Shown here: positions 42,896-55,358 of the stretch, one piece after another
How positions within the stretch are numbered: position 1 is the first letter of the stretch
Layout: each line of letters opens with the position of its first letter
Source of the DNA: Auanema rhodensis
Lineage: Eukaryota > Animalia > Nematoda
Assembly (NCBI GenBank): GCA_964057225.1
Contig: OZ059895.1
Coordinates: 310,001-374,000, forward strand
DNA length: 64,000 nucleotides
Reading direction: 5' to 3'
Notes under the pieces: model-generated
Seen by the model: the letters and a program-made list of their open reading frames with translations, nothing else
What the model was told of the DNA's origin: nothing
Databases searched by the model: none
Program-made: the position numbers and the translations under genes

Positions 42896-45800
42896 AGATT
42901 CCTTTTTTTAAGGCAAAGACGATGGACAATGTTATTCAACGAAAAAATTAATTCTTCAGGGTGAAAATCGAGGATATAAGTGTGAACTTATATCAGTTGA
43001 TATCTCGGTGCATTTTTAAGCTAGCGCAAATCTGATAACACAGATCGACGCAGCTTAAAAATCCGCATCGAATGCACTATACTACATCAAGAAACGCTTG
43101 ATACAAAAATTAGTTATGATCGTTTGAAAAATGATGCATTAGTGTATGTTGAGTTTCCATGTACACTCAACATTGCTTCCAAAAACATTTTGACAAAAAT
43201 TTTTTCGAAAAATTTCAAAATAATTTAGCAAAAAGTAGATGTTTTTAGATTCCATTTTTCAAGGCAAAGACGATAGGCAATGTTATTCAACGAAAAAATT
43301 AATTCTTCAGGGTGAAAATCGAGGATATAAGTGTGAACTTATATCAGTTGATATCTCGGTGCATTTTTAAGCTAGCGCAAATCTGATAACACAGATCGAC
43401 GCAGCTTAAAAATGAGCATCGAATGCACTATACTACATTGAGAAACGCTTGATACAAAAATTAGTTATGATCGTTTGAAAAATGATGCATTAGTGTATGT
43501 TGAGTTTCCATGTACACACAACATTGCTTCCAAAAACATTTTGACAAAAACTTTTTCGAAAAATTTCAAAATAATTTAGCAAAAAGTAGATGTTTTTAGA
43601 TTCTTTTTTTTAAGGCAAAGACGATGGACAATGTTATTCAACGAAAAAATTAATTCTTCAGGGTGAAAATCGAGGATATAAGTGTGAACTTATATCAGTT
43701 GATATCTCGGTGCATTTTTAAGCTAGCGCAAATCTGATAACACAGATCGACGCAGCTTAAAAATCCGCATCGAATGCACTATACTACATTGAGAAACGCT
43801 TGATACAAAAATTAGTTATGATTGTTTGAAAAATGATGCATTAGTGTATGTTGAGTTTCCATGTACACTCAACATTGCTTCCAAAAACATTTTGACAAAA
43901 ATTTTTTCGAAAAATTTCAAAATAATTTAGCAAAAAGTAGATGTTTTTAGATTACATTTTTCAAGGCAAAGACGATAGGCAATGTTATTCAACGAAAAAA
44001 TTAATTCTTCAGGGTGAAAATCGAGGATATAAGTGTGAACTTATATCAGTTCATATCTCGGTGCATTTTTAAGCTAGCGCAAATCTGATAACACAGATCG
44101 ACGCAGCTTAAAAGTCCGCATCGAATGCACTATACTACATTGAGAAACGCTTGATACAAAAATTAGTTATGATTGTTTGAAAAATGATGCATTAGTGTAT
44201 GTTGAGTTTCCATGTACACTCAACATTGCTTCCAAAAACATTTTGACAAAAATTTTTTCGAAAAATTTCAAAATAATTTAGCAAAAAGTAGATGTTTTTA
44301 GATTCCTTTTTTTAAGGCAAAGACGATGGACAATGTTATTCAACGAAAAAATTAATTCTTCAGGGTGAAAATCGAGGATATAAGTGTGAACTTATATCAG
44401 TTGATATCTCGGTGCATTTTTAAGCTAGCGCAAATCTGATAACACAGATCGACGCAGCTTAAAAATCCGCATCGAATGCACTATACTACATCAAGAAACG
44501 CTTGATACAAAAATTAGTTATGATCGTTTGAAAAATGATGCATTAGTGTATGTTGAGTTTCCATGTACACTCAACATTGCTTCCAAAAACATTTTGACAA
44601 AAATTTTTTCGAAAAATTTCAAAATAATTTAGCAAAAAGTAGATGTTTTTAGATTCCATTTTTCAAGGCAAAGACGATAGGCAATGTTATTCAACGAAAA
44701 AATTAATTCTTCAGGGTGAAAATCGAGGATATAAGTGTGAACTTATATCAGTTGATATCTCGGTGCATTTTTAAGCTAGCGCAAATCTGATAACACAGAT
44801 CGACGCAGCTTAAAAATGAGCATCGAATGCACTATACTACATTGAGAAACGCTTGATACAAAAATTAGTTATGATCGTTTGAAAAATGATGCATTAGTGT
44901 ATGTTGAGTTTCCATGTACACACAACATTGCTTCCAAAAACATTTTGACAAAAACTTTTTCGAAAAATTTCAAAATAATTTAGCAAAAAGTAGATGTTTT
45001 TAGATTCTTTTTTTTAAGGCAAAGACGATGGACAATGTTATTCAACGAAAAAATTAATTCTTCAGGGTGAAAATCGAGGATATAAGTGTGAACTTATATC
45101 AGTTGATATCTCGGTGCATTTTTAAGCTAGCGCAAATCTGATAACACAGATCGACGCAGCTTAAAAATCCGCATCGAATGCACTATACTACATTGAGAAA
45201 CGCTTGATACAAAAATTAGTTATGATTGTTTGAAAAATGATGCATTAGTGTATGTTGAGTTTCCATGTACACTCAACATTGCTTCCAAAAACATTTTGAC
45301 AAAAATTTTTTCGAAAAATTTCAAAATAATTTAGCAAAAAGTAGATGTTTTTAGATTACATTTTTCAAGGCAAAGACGATAGGCAATGTTATTCAACGAA
45401 AAAATTAATTCTTCAGGGTGAAAATCGAGGATATAAGTGTGAACTTATATCAGTTGATATCTCGGTGCATTTTTAAGCTAGCGCAAATCTGATAACACAG
45501 ATCGACGCAGCTTAAAAATCCGCATCGAATGCACTATACTACATTGAGAAACGCTTGATACAAAAATTAGTTATGATTGTTTGAAAAATGATGCATTAGT
45601 GTATGTTGAGTTTCCATGTGCACTCAACATTGCTTCCAAAAACATTTTGACAAAAATTTTTTCGAAAAATTTCAAAATAATTTAGCAAAAAGTAGATGTT
45701 TTTAGATTCCTTTTTTTAAGGCAAAGACGATGGACAATGTTATTCAACGAAAAAATTGATTCTTCAGGGTGAAAATCGAGGATATAAGTGTGAACTTATA

Positions 45801-48800
45801 TCAGTTGATATCTCGGTGCATTTTTAAGCTAGCGCAAATTTGATAACACAGATCGACGCAGCTTAAAAATCCGCATCGAATGCACTATACTACATTGAGA
45901 AACGCTTGATACAAAATTTAGTTATGATTGTTTGAAAAATGATGCATTAGTGTATGTTAAGTTTCCATGTACACTCAACATTGCTTCCAAAAACATTTTG
46001 ACAAAACTTTTTTCGAAAAATTTCAAAATAATTTAGCAAAAAGTAGATGTTTTTAGATTCCTTTTTTTAAGGCAAAGACGATGGACAATGTTATTCAACG
46101 AAAAAATTAATTCTTCAGGGTGAAAAAAAAATTAATTCTTCAGGGTGAAAATCGAGGATATAAGTGTGAACTTATATCAGTTGATATCTCGGTGCATTTT
46201 CAAGCTAGCGCAAATCTGATAACACAGATCGACGCAGCTTAAAAATCCGCATCGAATGCACTATACTACATTGAGAAACGCTTGATACAAAAATTAGTTA
46301 TGATTGTTTGAAAAATGATGCATTAGTGTATGTTGAGTTTCCATGTACACTCAACATTGCTTCCAAAAACATTTTGACAAAAATTTTTTCGAAAAATTTC
46401 AAAATAATTTAGCAAAAAGTAGATGTTTTTAGATTCTTTTTTTTAAGGCAAAGACGATGGACAATGTTATTCAACGAAAAAATTAATTCTTCAGGGTGAA
46501 AAAAAAATTAATTCTTCAGGGTGAAAATCGAGGATATAAGTGTGAACTTATATCAGTTGATATCTCGGTGCATTTTCAAGCTAGCGCAAATCTGATAACA
46601 CAGATCGACGCAGCTTAAAAATCCGCATCGAATGCACTATACTACATTGAGAAACGCTTGATACAAAAATTAGTTATGATTGTTTGAAAAATGATGCATT
46701 AGTGTATGTTGAGTTTCCATGTACACTCAACATTGCTTCCAAAAACATTTTGACAAAAATTTTTTCGAAAAATTTCAAAATAATTTAGCAAAAAGTAGAT
46801 GTTTTTAGATTCCTTTTTTTGAGGCAAAGACGATGGACAATGTTATTCAACGAAAAAATTAATTCTTCAGGGTGAAAAAAAAATTAATTCTTCAGGGTGA
46901 AAATCGAGGATATAAGTGTGAACTTATATCAGTTGATATCTCGGTGCATTTTCAAGCTAGCGCAAATCTGATAACACAGATCGACGCAGCTTAAAAATTC
47001 GCATCGAATGCACTATACTACATTGAGAAACGCTTGATACAAAAATTAGTTATGATTGTTTGAAAAATGATGCATTAGTGTATGTTGAGTTTCCATGTAC
47101 ACTCAACATTGCTTCCAAAAACATTTTGACAAAAATTTTTTCGAAAAATTTCAAAATAATTTAGCAAAAAATAGATGTTTTTAGATTCCATTTTTTAAGG
47201 CAAAGACGATAGGCAATGTTATTCAACGAAAAAATTAATTCTTCAGGGTGAAAATCGAGGATATAAGTGTGAACTTATATCAGTTGATATCTCGGTGCAT
47301 TTTTAAGCTAGCGCAAATCTGATAACACAGATCGACGCAGCTTAAAAATCCGCATCGAATGCACTATACTACATTGAGAAACGCTTGATACAAAAATTAG
47401 TTATGATTGTTTGAAAAATGATGCATTAGTGTATGTTGAGTTTCCATGTACACTCAACATTGCTTCCAAAAACATTTTGACAAAAATTTTTTCGAAAAAT
47501 TTCAAAATAATTTAGCAAAAAAATTGATGTTTTTAGATTCCATTTTTCAAGGCAAAGACGATAGGCAATGTTATTCAACGAAAAAATTAATTCTTCAGGG
47601 TGAAAATCGAGGATATAAGTGTGAACTTATATCAGTTGATATCTCGGTGCATTTTTAAGCTAGCGCAAATCTGATAACACAGATCGACGCAGCTTAAAAA
47701 TCCGCATCGAATGCACTATACTACATTGAGAAACGCTTGATACAAAAATTAGTTATGATTGTTTGAAAAATGATGCATTAGTGTATGTTGAGTTTCCATG
47801 TACACTCAACATTGCTTCCAAAAACATTTTGACAAAAATTTTTTCGAAAAATTTCAAAATAATTTAGCAAAAAGTAGATGTTTTTAGATTCCTTTTTTTA
47901 AGGCAAAGACGATGGACAATGTTATTCAACGAAAAAATTAATTCTTCAGGGTGAAAAAAAAATTAATTCTTCAGGGTGAAAATCGAGGATATAAGTGTAA
48001 ACTTATATCAGTTGATATCTCGGTGCATTTTTAAGCTAGCGCGAATCTGATAACACAGATCGACGCAGCTTAAAAATCCGCATCGAATGCACTATACTAC
48101 ATTGAGAAACGCTTGATACAAAAATTAGTTATGATTGTTTGAAAAATGATGCATTAGTGTATGTTGAGTTTCCATGTACACTCAACATTGCTTCCAAAAA
48201 CATTTTGACAAAAATTTTTTCGGAAAATTTCAAAATAATTTAGCAAAAAATAGATGTTTTTAGATTCCATTTTTCAAGGCAAAGACGATAGGCAATGTTA
48301 TTCAACGAAAAAATTAATTCTTCAGGGTGAAAATCGAGGATATAAGTGTGAACTTATATCAGTTGATATCTCGGTGCATTTTTAAGCTAGCGCAAATCTG
48401 ATAACACAGATCGACGCAGCTTAAAAATCCGCATCGAATGCACTATACTACATTGAGAAACGCTTGATACAAAAATTAGTTATGATTGTTTGAAAAATGA
48501 TGCATTATGTATGTTGAGTTTCCATGTACACTCAACATTGCTTCCAAAAACATTTTGACAAAAATTTTTTCGAAAAATTTCAAAATAATTTAGCAAAAAG
48601 TAGATGTTTTTAGATTCCTTTTTTTAAGGCAAAGACGATGGACAATGATATTCAACGAAAAAATTAATTCTTCAGGGTGAAAATCGAGGATATAAGTGTG
48701 AACTTATATCAGTTGATATCTCGGTGCATTTTCAAGCTAGCGCAAATCTGATAACACAGATCGACGCAGCTTAAAAATCCGCATCGAATGCACTATACTA

Positions 48801-51800
48801 CATTGAGAAACGCTTGATACAAAAATTAGTTATGATTGTTTGAAAAATGATGCATTAGTGTATGTTGAGTTTCCATGTACACTCAACATTGCTTCCAAAA
48901 ACATTTTGACAAAAATTTTTTCGAAAAATTTCAAAATAATTTAGCAAAAAGTAGATGTTTTTAGATTCCATTTTTCAAGGCAAAGACGATAGGCAATGTT
49001 ATTCAACGAAAAAATTAGTCAAAATGTTTTTGGAAGCAATGTTGAGTGTACATGGAAACTCAACATACACTAATGCATAATTTTTCAAACAATCATAACT
49101 AATTTTTGTATCAAGCGTTTCTCAATGTAGTATAGTGCATTCGATGCGGATTTTTAAGCTGCGTCGATCTGTGTTATCAGATTTGCGCTAGCTTAAAAAT
49201 GCACCGAGATATCAACTGATATAAGTTCACACTTATATCCTCGATTTTCACCCTGAAGAATTAATTTTTTCGTTGAATAACATTGCCTATCGTCTTTGCC
49301 TTGAAAAATGGAATCTAAAAACATCTACTTTTTGCTAAATTATTTTGAAATTTTTCGAAAAAATTTTTGTCAAAATGTTTTTGGAAGCAATGTTGAGTGT
49401 ACATGGAAACTCAACATACACTAATGCATCATTTTTCAAACAATCATAACTAATTTTTGTATCAAGCGTTTCTCAATGTAGTATAGTGCATTCGATGCGG
49501 ATTTTTAAGCTGCGTCGATCTGTGTTATCAGATTTGCGCTAGCTTGAAAATGCACCGAGATATCAACTGATATAAGTTCACACTTATATCCTCGATTTTC
49601 ACCCTGAAGAATTAATTTTTTCGTTGAATATCATTGTCCATCGTCTTTGCCTTAAAAAAAGGAATCTAAAAACATCTACTTTTTGCTAAATTATTTTGAA
49701 ATTTTTCGAAAAAATTTTTGTCAAAATGTTTTTGGAAGCAATGTTGAGTGTACATGGAAACTCAACATACATAATGCATCATTTTTCAAACAATCATAAC
49801 TAATTTTTGTATCAAGCGTTTCTCAATGTAGTATAGTGCATTCGATGCGGATTTTTAAGCTGCGTCGATCTGTGTTATCAGATTTGCGCTAGCTTAAAAA
49901 TGCACCGAGATATCAACTGATATAAGTTCACACTTATATCCTCGATTTTCACCCTGAAGAATTAATTTTTTCGTTGAATAACATTGCCTATCGTCTTTGC
50001 CTTGAAAAATGGAATCTAAAAACATCTATTTTTTGCTAAATTATTTTGAAATTTTCCGAAAAAATTTTTGTCAAAATGTTTTTGGAAGCAATGTTGAGTG
50101 TACATGGAAACTCAACATACACTAATGCATCATTTTTCAAACAATCATAACTAATTTTTGTATCAAGCGTTTCTCAATGTAGTATAGTGCATTCGATGCG
50201 GATTTTTAAGCTGCGTCGATCTGTGTTATCAGATTCGCGCTAGCTTAAAAATGCACCGAGATATCAACTGATATAAGTTTACACTTATATCCTCGATTTT
50301 CACCCTGAAGAATTAATTTTTTCGTTGAATAACATTGTCCATCGTCTTTGCCTTAAAAAAAGGAATCTAAAAACATCTACTTTTTGCTAAATTATTTTGA
50401 AATTTTTCGAAAAAATTTTTGTCAAAATGTTTTTGGAAGCAATGTTGAGTGTACATGGAAACTCAACATACACTAATGCATCATTTTTCAAACAATCATA
50501 ACTAATTTTTGTATCAAGCGTTTCTCAATGTAGTATAGTGCATTCGATGCGGATTTTTAAGCTGCGTCGATCTGTGTTATCAGATTTGCGCTAGCTTAAA
50601 AATGCACCGAGATATCAACTGATATAAGTTCACACTTATATCCTCGATTTTCACCCTGAAGAATTAATTTTTTCGTTGAATAACATTGCCTATCGTCTTT
50701 GCCTTGAAAAATGGAATCTAAAAACATCAATTTTTTTGCTAAATTATTTTGAAATTTTTCGAAAAAATTTTTGTCAAAATGTTTTTGGAAGCAATGTTGA
50801 GTGTACATGGAAACTCAACATACACTAATGCATCATTTTTCAAACAATCATAACTAATTTTTGTATCAAGCGTTTCTCAATGTAGTATAGTGCATTCGAT
50901 GCGGATTTTTAAGCTGCGTCGATCTGTGTTATCAGATTTGCGCTAGCTTAAAAATGCACCGAGATATCAACTGATATAAGTTCACACTTATATCCTCGAT
51001 TTTCACCCTGAAGAATTAATTTTTTCGTTGAATAACATTGCCTATCGTCTTTGCCTTAAAAAATGGAATCTAAAAACATCTATTTTTTGCTAAATTATTT
51101 TGAAATTTTTCGAAAAAATTTTTGTCAAAATGTTTTTGGAAGCAATGTTGAGTGTACATGGAAACTCAACATACACTAATGCATCATTTTTCAAACAATC
51201 ATAACTAATTTTTGTATCAAGCGTTTCTCAATGTAGTATAGTGCATTCGATGCGAATTTTTAAGCTGCGTCGATCTGTGTTATCAGATTTGCGCTAGCTT
51301 GAAAATGCACCGAGATATCAACTGATATAAGTTCACACTTATATCCTCGATTTTCACCCTGAAGAATTAATTTTTTTTTCACCCTGAAGAATTAATTTTT
51401 TCGTTGAATAACATTGTCCATCGTCTTTGCCTTAAAAAAAGGAATCTAAAAACATCTACTTTTTGCTAAATTATTTTGAAATTTTTCGAAAAAATTTTTG
51501 TCAAAATGTTTTTGGAAGCAATGTTGAGTGTACATGGAAACTCAACATACACTAATGCATCATTTTTCAAACAATCATAACTAATTTTTGTATCAAGCGT
51601 TTCTCAATGTAGTATAGTGCATTCGATGCGGATTTTTAAGCTGCGTCGATCTGTGTTATCAGATTTGCGCTAGCTTGAAAATGCACCGAGATATCAACTG
51701 ATATAAGTTCACACTTATATCCTCGATTTTCACCCTGAAGAATTAATTTTTTTTTCACCCTGAAGAATTAATTTTTTCGTTGAATAACATTGTCCATCGT

Positions 51801-54800
51801 CTTTGCCTTAAAAGAAGGAATCTAAAAACATCTACTTTTTGCTAAATTATTTTGAAATTTTTCGAAAAAATTTTTGTCAAAATGTTTTTGGAAGCAATGT
51901 TGAGTGTACATGGAAACTCAACATACACTAATGCATCATTTTTCAAACAATCATAACTAATTTTTGTATCAAGCGTTTCTCAATGTAGTATAGTGCATTC
52001 GATGCGGATTTTTAAGCTGCGTCGATCTGTGTTATCAGATTTGCGCTAGCTTGAAAATGCACCGAGATATCAACTGATATAAGTTCACACTTATATCCTC
52101 GATTTTCACCCTGAAGAATTAATTTTTTTTTCACCCTGAAGAATTAATTTTTTCGTTGAATAACATTGTCCATCGTCTTTGCCTTAAAAAAAGGAATCTA
52201 AAAACATCTACTTTTTGCTAAATTATTTTGAAATTTTTCGAAAAAAGTTTTGTCAAAATGTTTTTGGAAGCAATGTTGAGTGTACATGGAAACTTAACAT
52301 ACACTAATGCATCATTTTTCAAACAATCATAACTAAATTTTGTATCAAGCGTTTCTCAATGTAGTATAGTGCATTCGATGCGGATTTTTAAGCTGCGTCG
52401 ATCTGTGTTATCAAATTTGCGCTAGCTTAAAAATGCACCGAGATATCAACTGATATAAGTTCACACTTATATCCTCGATTTTCACCCTGAAGAATCAATT
52501 TTTTCGTTGAATAACATTGTCCATCGTCTTTGCCTTAAAAAAAGGAATCTAAAAACATCTACTTTTTGCTAAATTATTTTGAAATTTTTCGAAAAAATTT
52601 TTGTCAAAATGTTTTTGGAAGCAATGTTGAGTGCACATGGAAACTCAACATACACTAATGCATCATTTTTCAAACAATCATAACTAATTTTTGTATCAAG
52701 CGTTTCTCAATGTAGTATAGTGCATTCGATGCGGATTTTTAAGCTGCGTCGATCTGTGTTATCAGATTTGCGCTAGCTTAAAAATGCACCGAGATATCAA
52801 CTGATATAAGTTCACACTTATATCCTCGATTTTCACCCTGAAGAATTAATTTTTTCGTTGAATAACATTGCCTATCGTCTTTGCCTTGAAAAATGTAATC
52901 TAAAAACATCTACTTTTTGCTAAATTATTTTGAAATTTTTCGAAAAAATTTTTGTCAAAATGTTTTTGGAAGCAATGTTGAGTGTACATGGAAACTCAAC
53001 ATACACTAATGCATCATTTTTCAAACAATCATAACTAATTTTTGTATCAAGCGTTTCTCAATGTAGTATAGTGCATTCGATGCGGATTTTTAAGCTGCGT
53101 CGATCTGTGTTATCAGATTTGCGCTAGCTTAAAAATGCACCGAGATATCAACTGATATAAGTTCACACTTATATCCTCGATTTTCACCCTGAAGAATTAA
53201 TTTTTTCGTTGAATAACATTGTCCATCGTCTTTGCCTTAAAAAAAAGAATCTAAAAACATCTACTTTTTGCTAAATTATTTTGAAATTTTTCGAAAAAGT
53301 TTTTGTCAAAATGTTTTTGGAAGCAATGTTGTGTGTACATGGAAACTCAACATACACTAATGCATCATTTTTCAAACGATCATAACTAATTTTTGTATCA
53401 AGCGTTTCTCAATGTAGTATAGTGCATTCGATGCTCATTTTTAAGCTGCGTCGATCTGTGTTATCAGATTTGCGCTAGCTTAAAAATGCACCGAGATATC
53501 AACTGATATAAGTTCACACTTATATCCTCGATTTTCACCCTGAAGAATTAATTTTTTCGTTGAATAACATTGCCTATCGTCTTTGCCTTGAAAAATGGAA
53601 TCTAAAAACATCTACTTTTTGCTAAATTATTTTGAAATTTTTCGAAAAAATTTTTGTCAAAATGTTTTTGGAAGCAATGTTGAGTGTACATGGAAACTCA
53701 ACATACACTAATGCATCATTTTTCAAACGATCATAACTAATTTTTGTATCAAGCGTTTCTTGATGTAGTATAGTGCATTCGATGCGGATTTTTAAGCTGC
53801 GTCGATCTGTGTTATCAGATTTGCGCTAGCTTAAAAATGCACCGAGATATCAACTGATATAAGTTCACACTTATATCCTCGATTTTCACCCTGAAGAATT
53901 AATTTTTTCGTTGAATAACATTGTCCATCGTCTTTGCCTTAAAAAAAGGAATCTAAAAACATCTACTTTTTGCTAAATTATTTTGAAATTTTTCGAAAAA
54001 ATTTTTGTCAAAATGTTTTTGGAAGCAATGTTGAGTGTACATGGAAACTCAACATACACTAATGCATCATTTTTCAAACAATCATAACTAATTTTTGTAT
54101 CAAGCGTTTCTCAATGTAGTATAGTGCATTCGATGCGGACTTTTAAGCTGCGTCGATCTGTGTTATCAGATTTGCGCTAGCTTAAAAATGCACCGAGATA
54201 TCAACTGATATAAGTTCACACTTATATCCTCGATTTTCACCCTGAAGAATTAATTTTTTCGTTGAATAACATTGCCTATCGTCTTTGCCTTGAAAAATGT
54301 AATCTAAAAACATCTACTTTTTGCTAAATTATTTTGAAATTTTTCGAAAAAATTTTTGTCAAAATGTTTTTGGAAGCAATGTTGAGTGTACATGGAAACT
54401 CAACATACACTAATGCATCATTTTTCAAACAATCATAACTAATTTTTGTATCAAGCGTTTCTCAATGTAGTATAGTGCATTCGATGCGGATTTTTAAGCT
54501 GCGTCGATCTGTGTTATCAGATTTGCGCTAGCTTAAAAATGCACCGAGATATCAACTGATATAAGTTCACACTTATATCCTCGATTTTCACCCTGAAGAA
54601 TTAATTTTTTCGTTGAATAACATTGTCCATCGTCTTTGCCTTAAAAAAAAGAATCTAAAAACATCTACTTTTTGCTAAATTATTTTGAAATTTTTCGAAA
54701 AAGTTTTTGTCAAAATGTTTTTGGAAGCAATGTTGTGTGTACATGGAAACTCAACATACACTAATGCATCATTTTTCAAACGATCATAACTAATTTTTGT

Positions 54801-55358
54801 ATCAAGCGTTTCTCAATGTAGTATAGTGCATTCGATGCGGACTTTTAAGCTGCGTCGATCTGTGTTATCAGATTTGCGCTAGCTTAAAAATGCACCGAGA
54901 TATCAACTGATATAAGTTCACACTTATATCCTCGATTTTCACCCTGAAGAATTAATTTTTTCGTTGAATAACATTGCCTATCGTCTTTGCCTTGAAAAAT
55001 GGAATCTAAAAACATCTACTTTTTGCTAAATTATTTTGAAATTTTTCGAAAAAATTTTTGTCAAAATGTTTTTGGAAGCAATGTTGAGTGTACATGGAAA
55101 CTCAACATACACTAATGCATCATTTTTCAAACGATCATAACTAATTTTTGTATCAAGCGTTTCTTGATGTAGTATAGTGCATTCGATGCGGATTTTTAAG
55201 CTGCGTCGATCTGTGTTATCAGATTTGCGCTAGCTTAAAAATGCACCGAGATATCAACTGATATAAGTTCACACTTATATCCTCGATTTTCACCCTGAAG
55301 AATTAATTTTTTCGTTGAATAACATTGTCCATCGTCTTTGCCTTAAAAAAAGGAATCT
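42896..55358. repeat. Large inverted repeat 1: arms 42896-49017 and 49262-55358, 244-bp spacer
   Basis: Mirror coordinates sum to 98279 near the centre and to 98254 beyond a 25-bp indel. I found only about five differences between the arms. Confidence 0.9.
49018..55358 (-). repeat. Inverted satellite block (about 18 monomers); 49262-55358 mirrors 42896-49017
   Basis: Reverse-complement monomers. Private variants mirror the left side: gacaatgata 48648 pairs with 49631, and ORF 47446-47658(+) pairs with 50596-50808(-). Confidence 0.96.

Larger units (their letters stand above)
1..49017 (+). repeat. Forward-orientation head-to-tail satellite block (domain A)
   Basis: Uninterrupted forward monomers up to ...caacgaaaaaatta (49017), after which the reverse complement gtcaaaatgtttttgg begins. 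Confidence 0.97.

Noticed and set aside
35060-50808. Four 70-aa ORFs (MYTQHCFQ...)
   Set aside because: They are satellite sequence. A one-base insertion in the A-tract (gcaaaaaaattg) joins two short frames. There is no recognisable domain, and the copies simply track the block duplications and the inversion.
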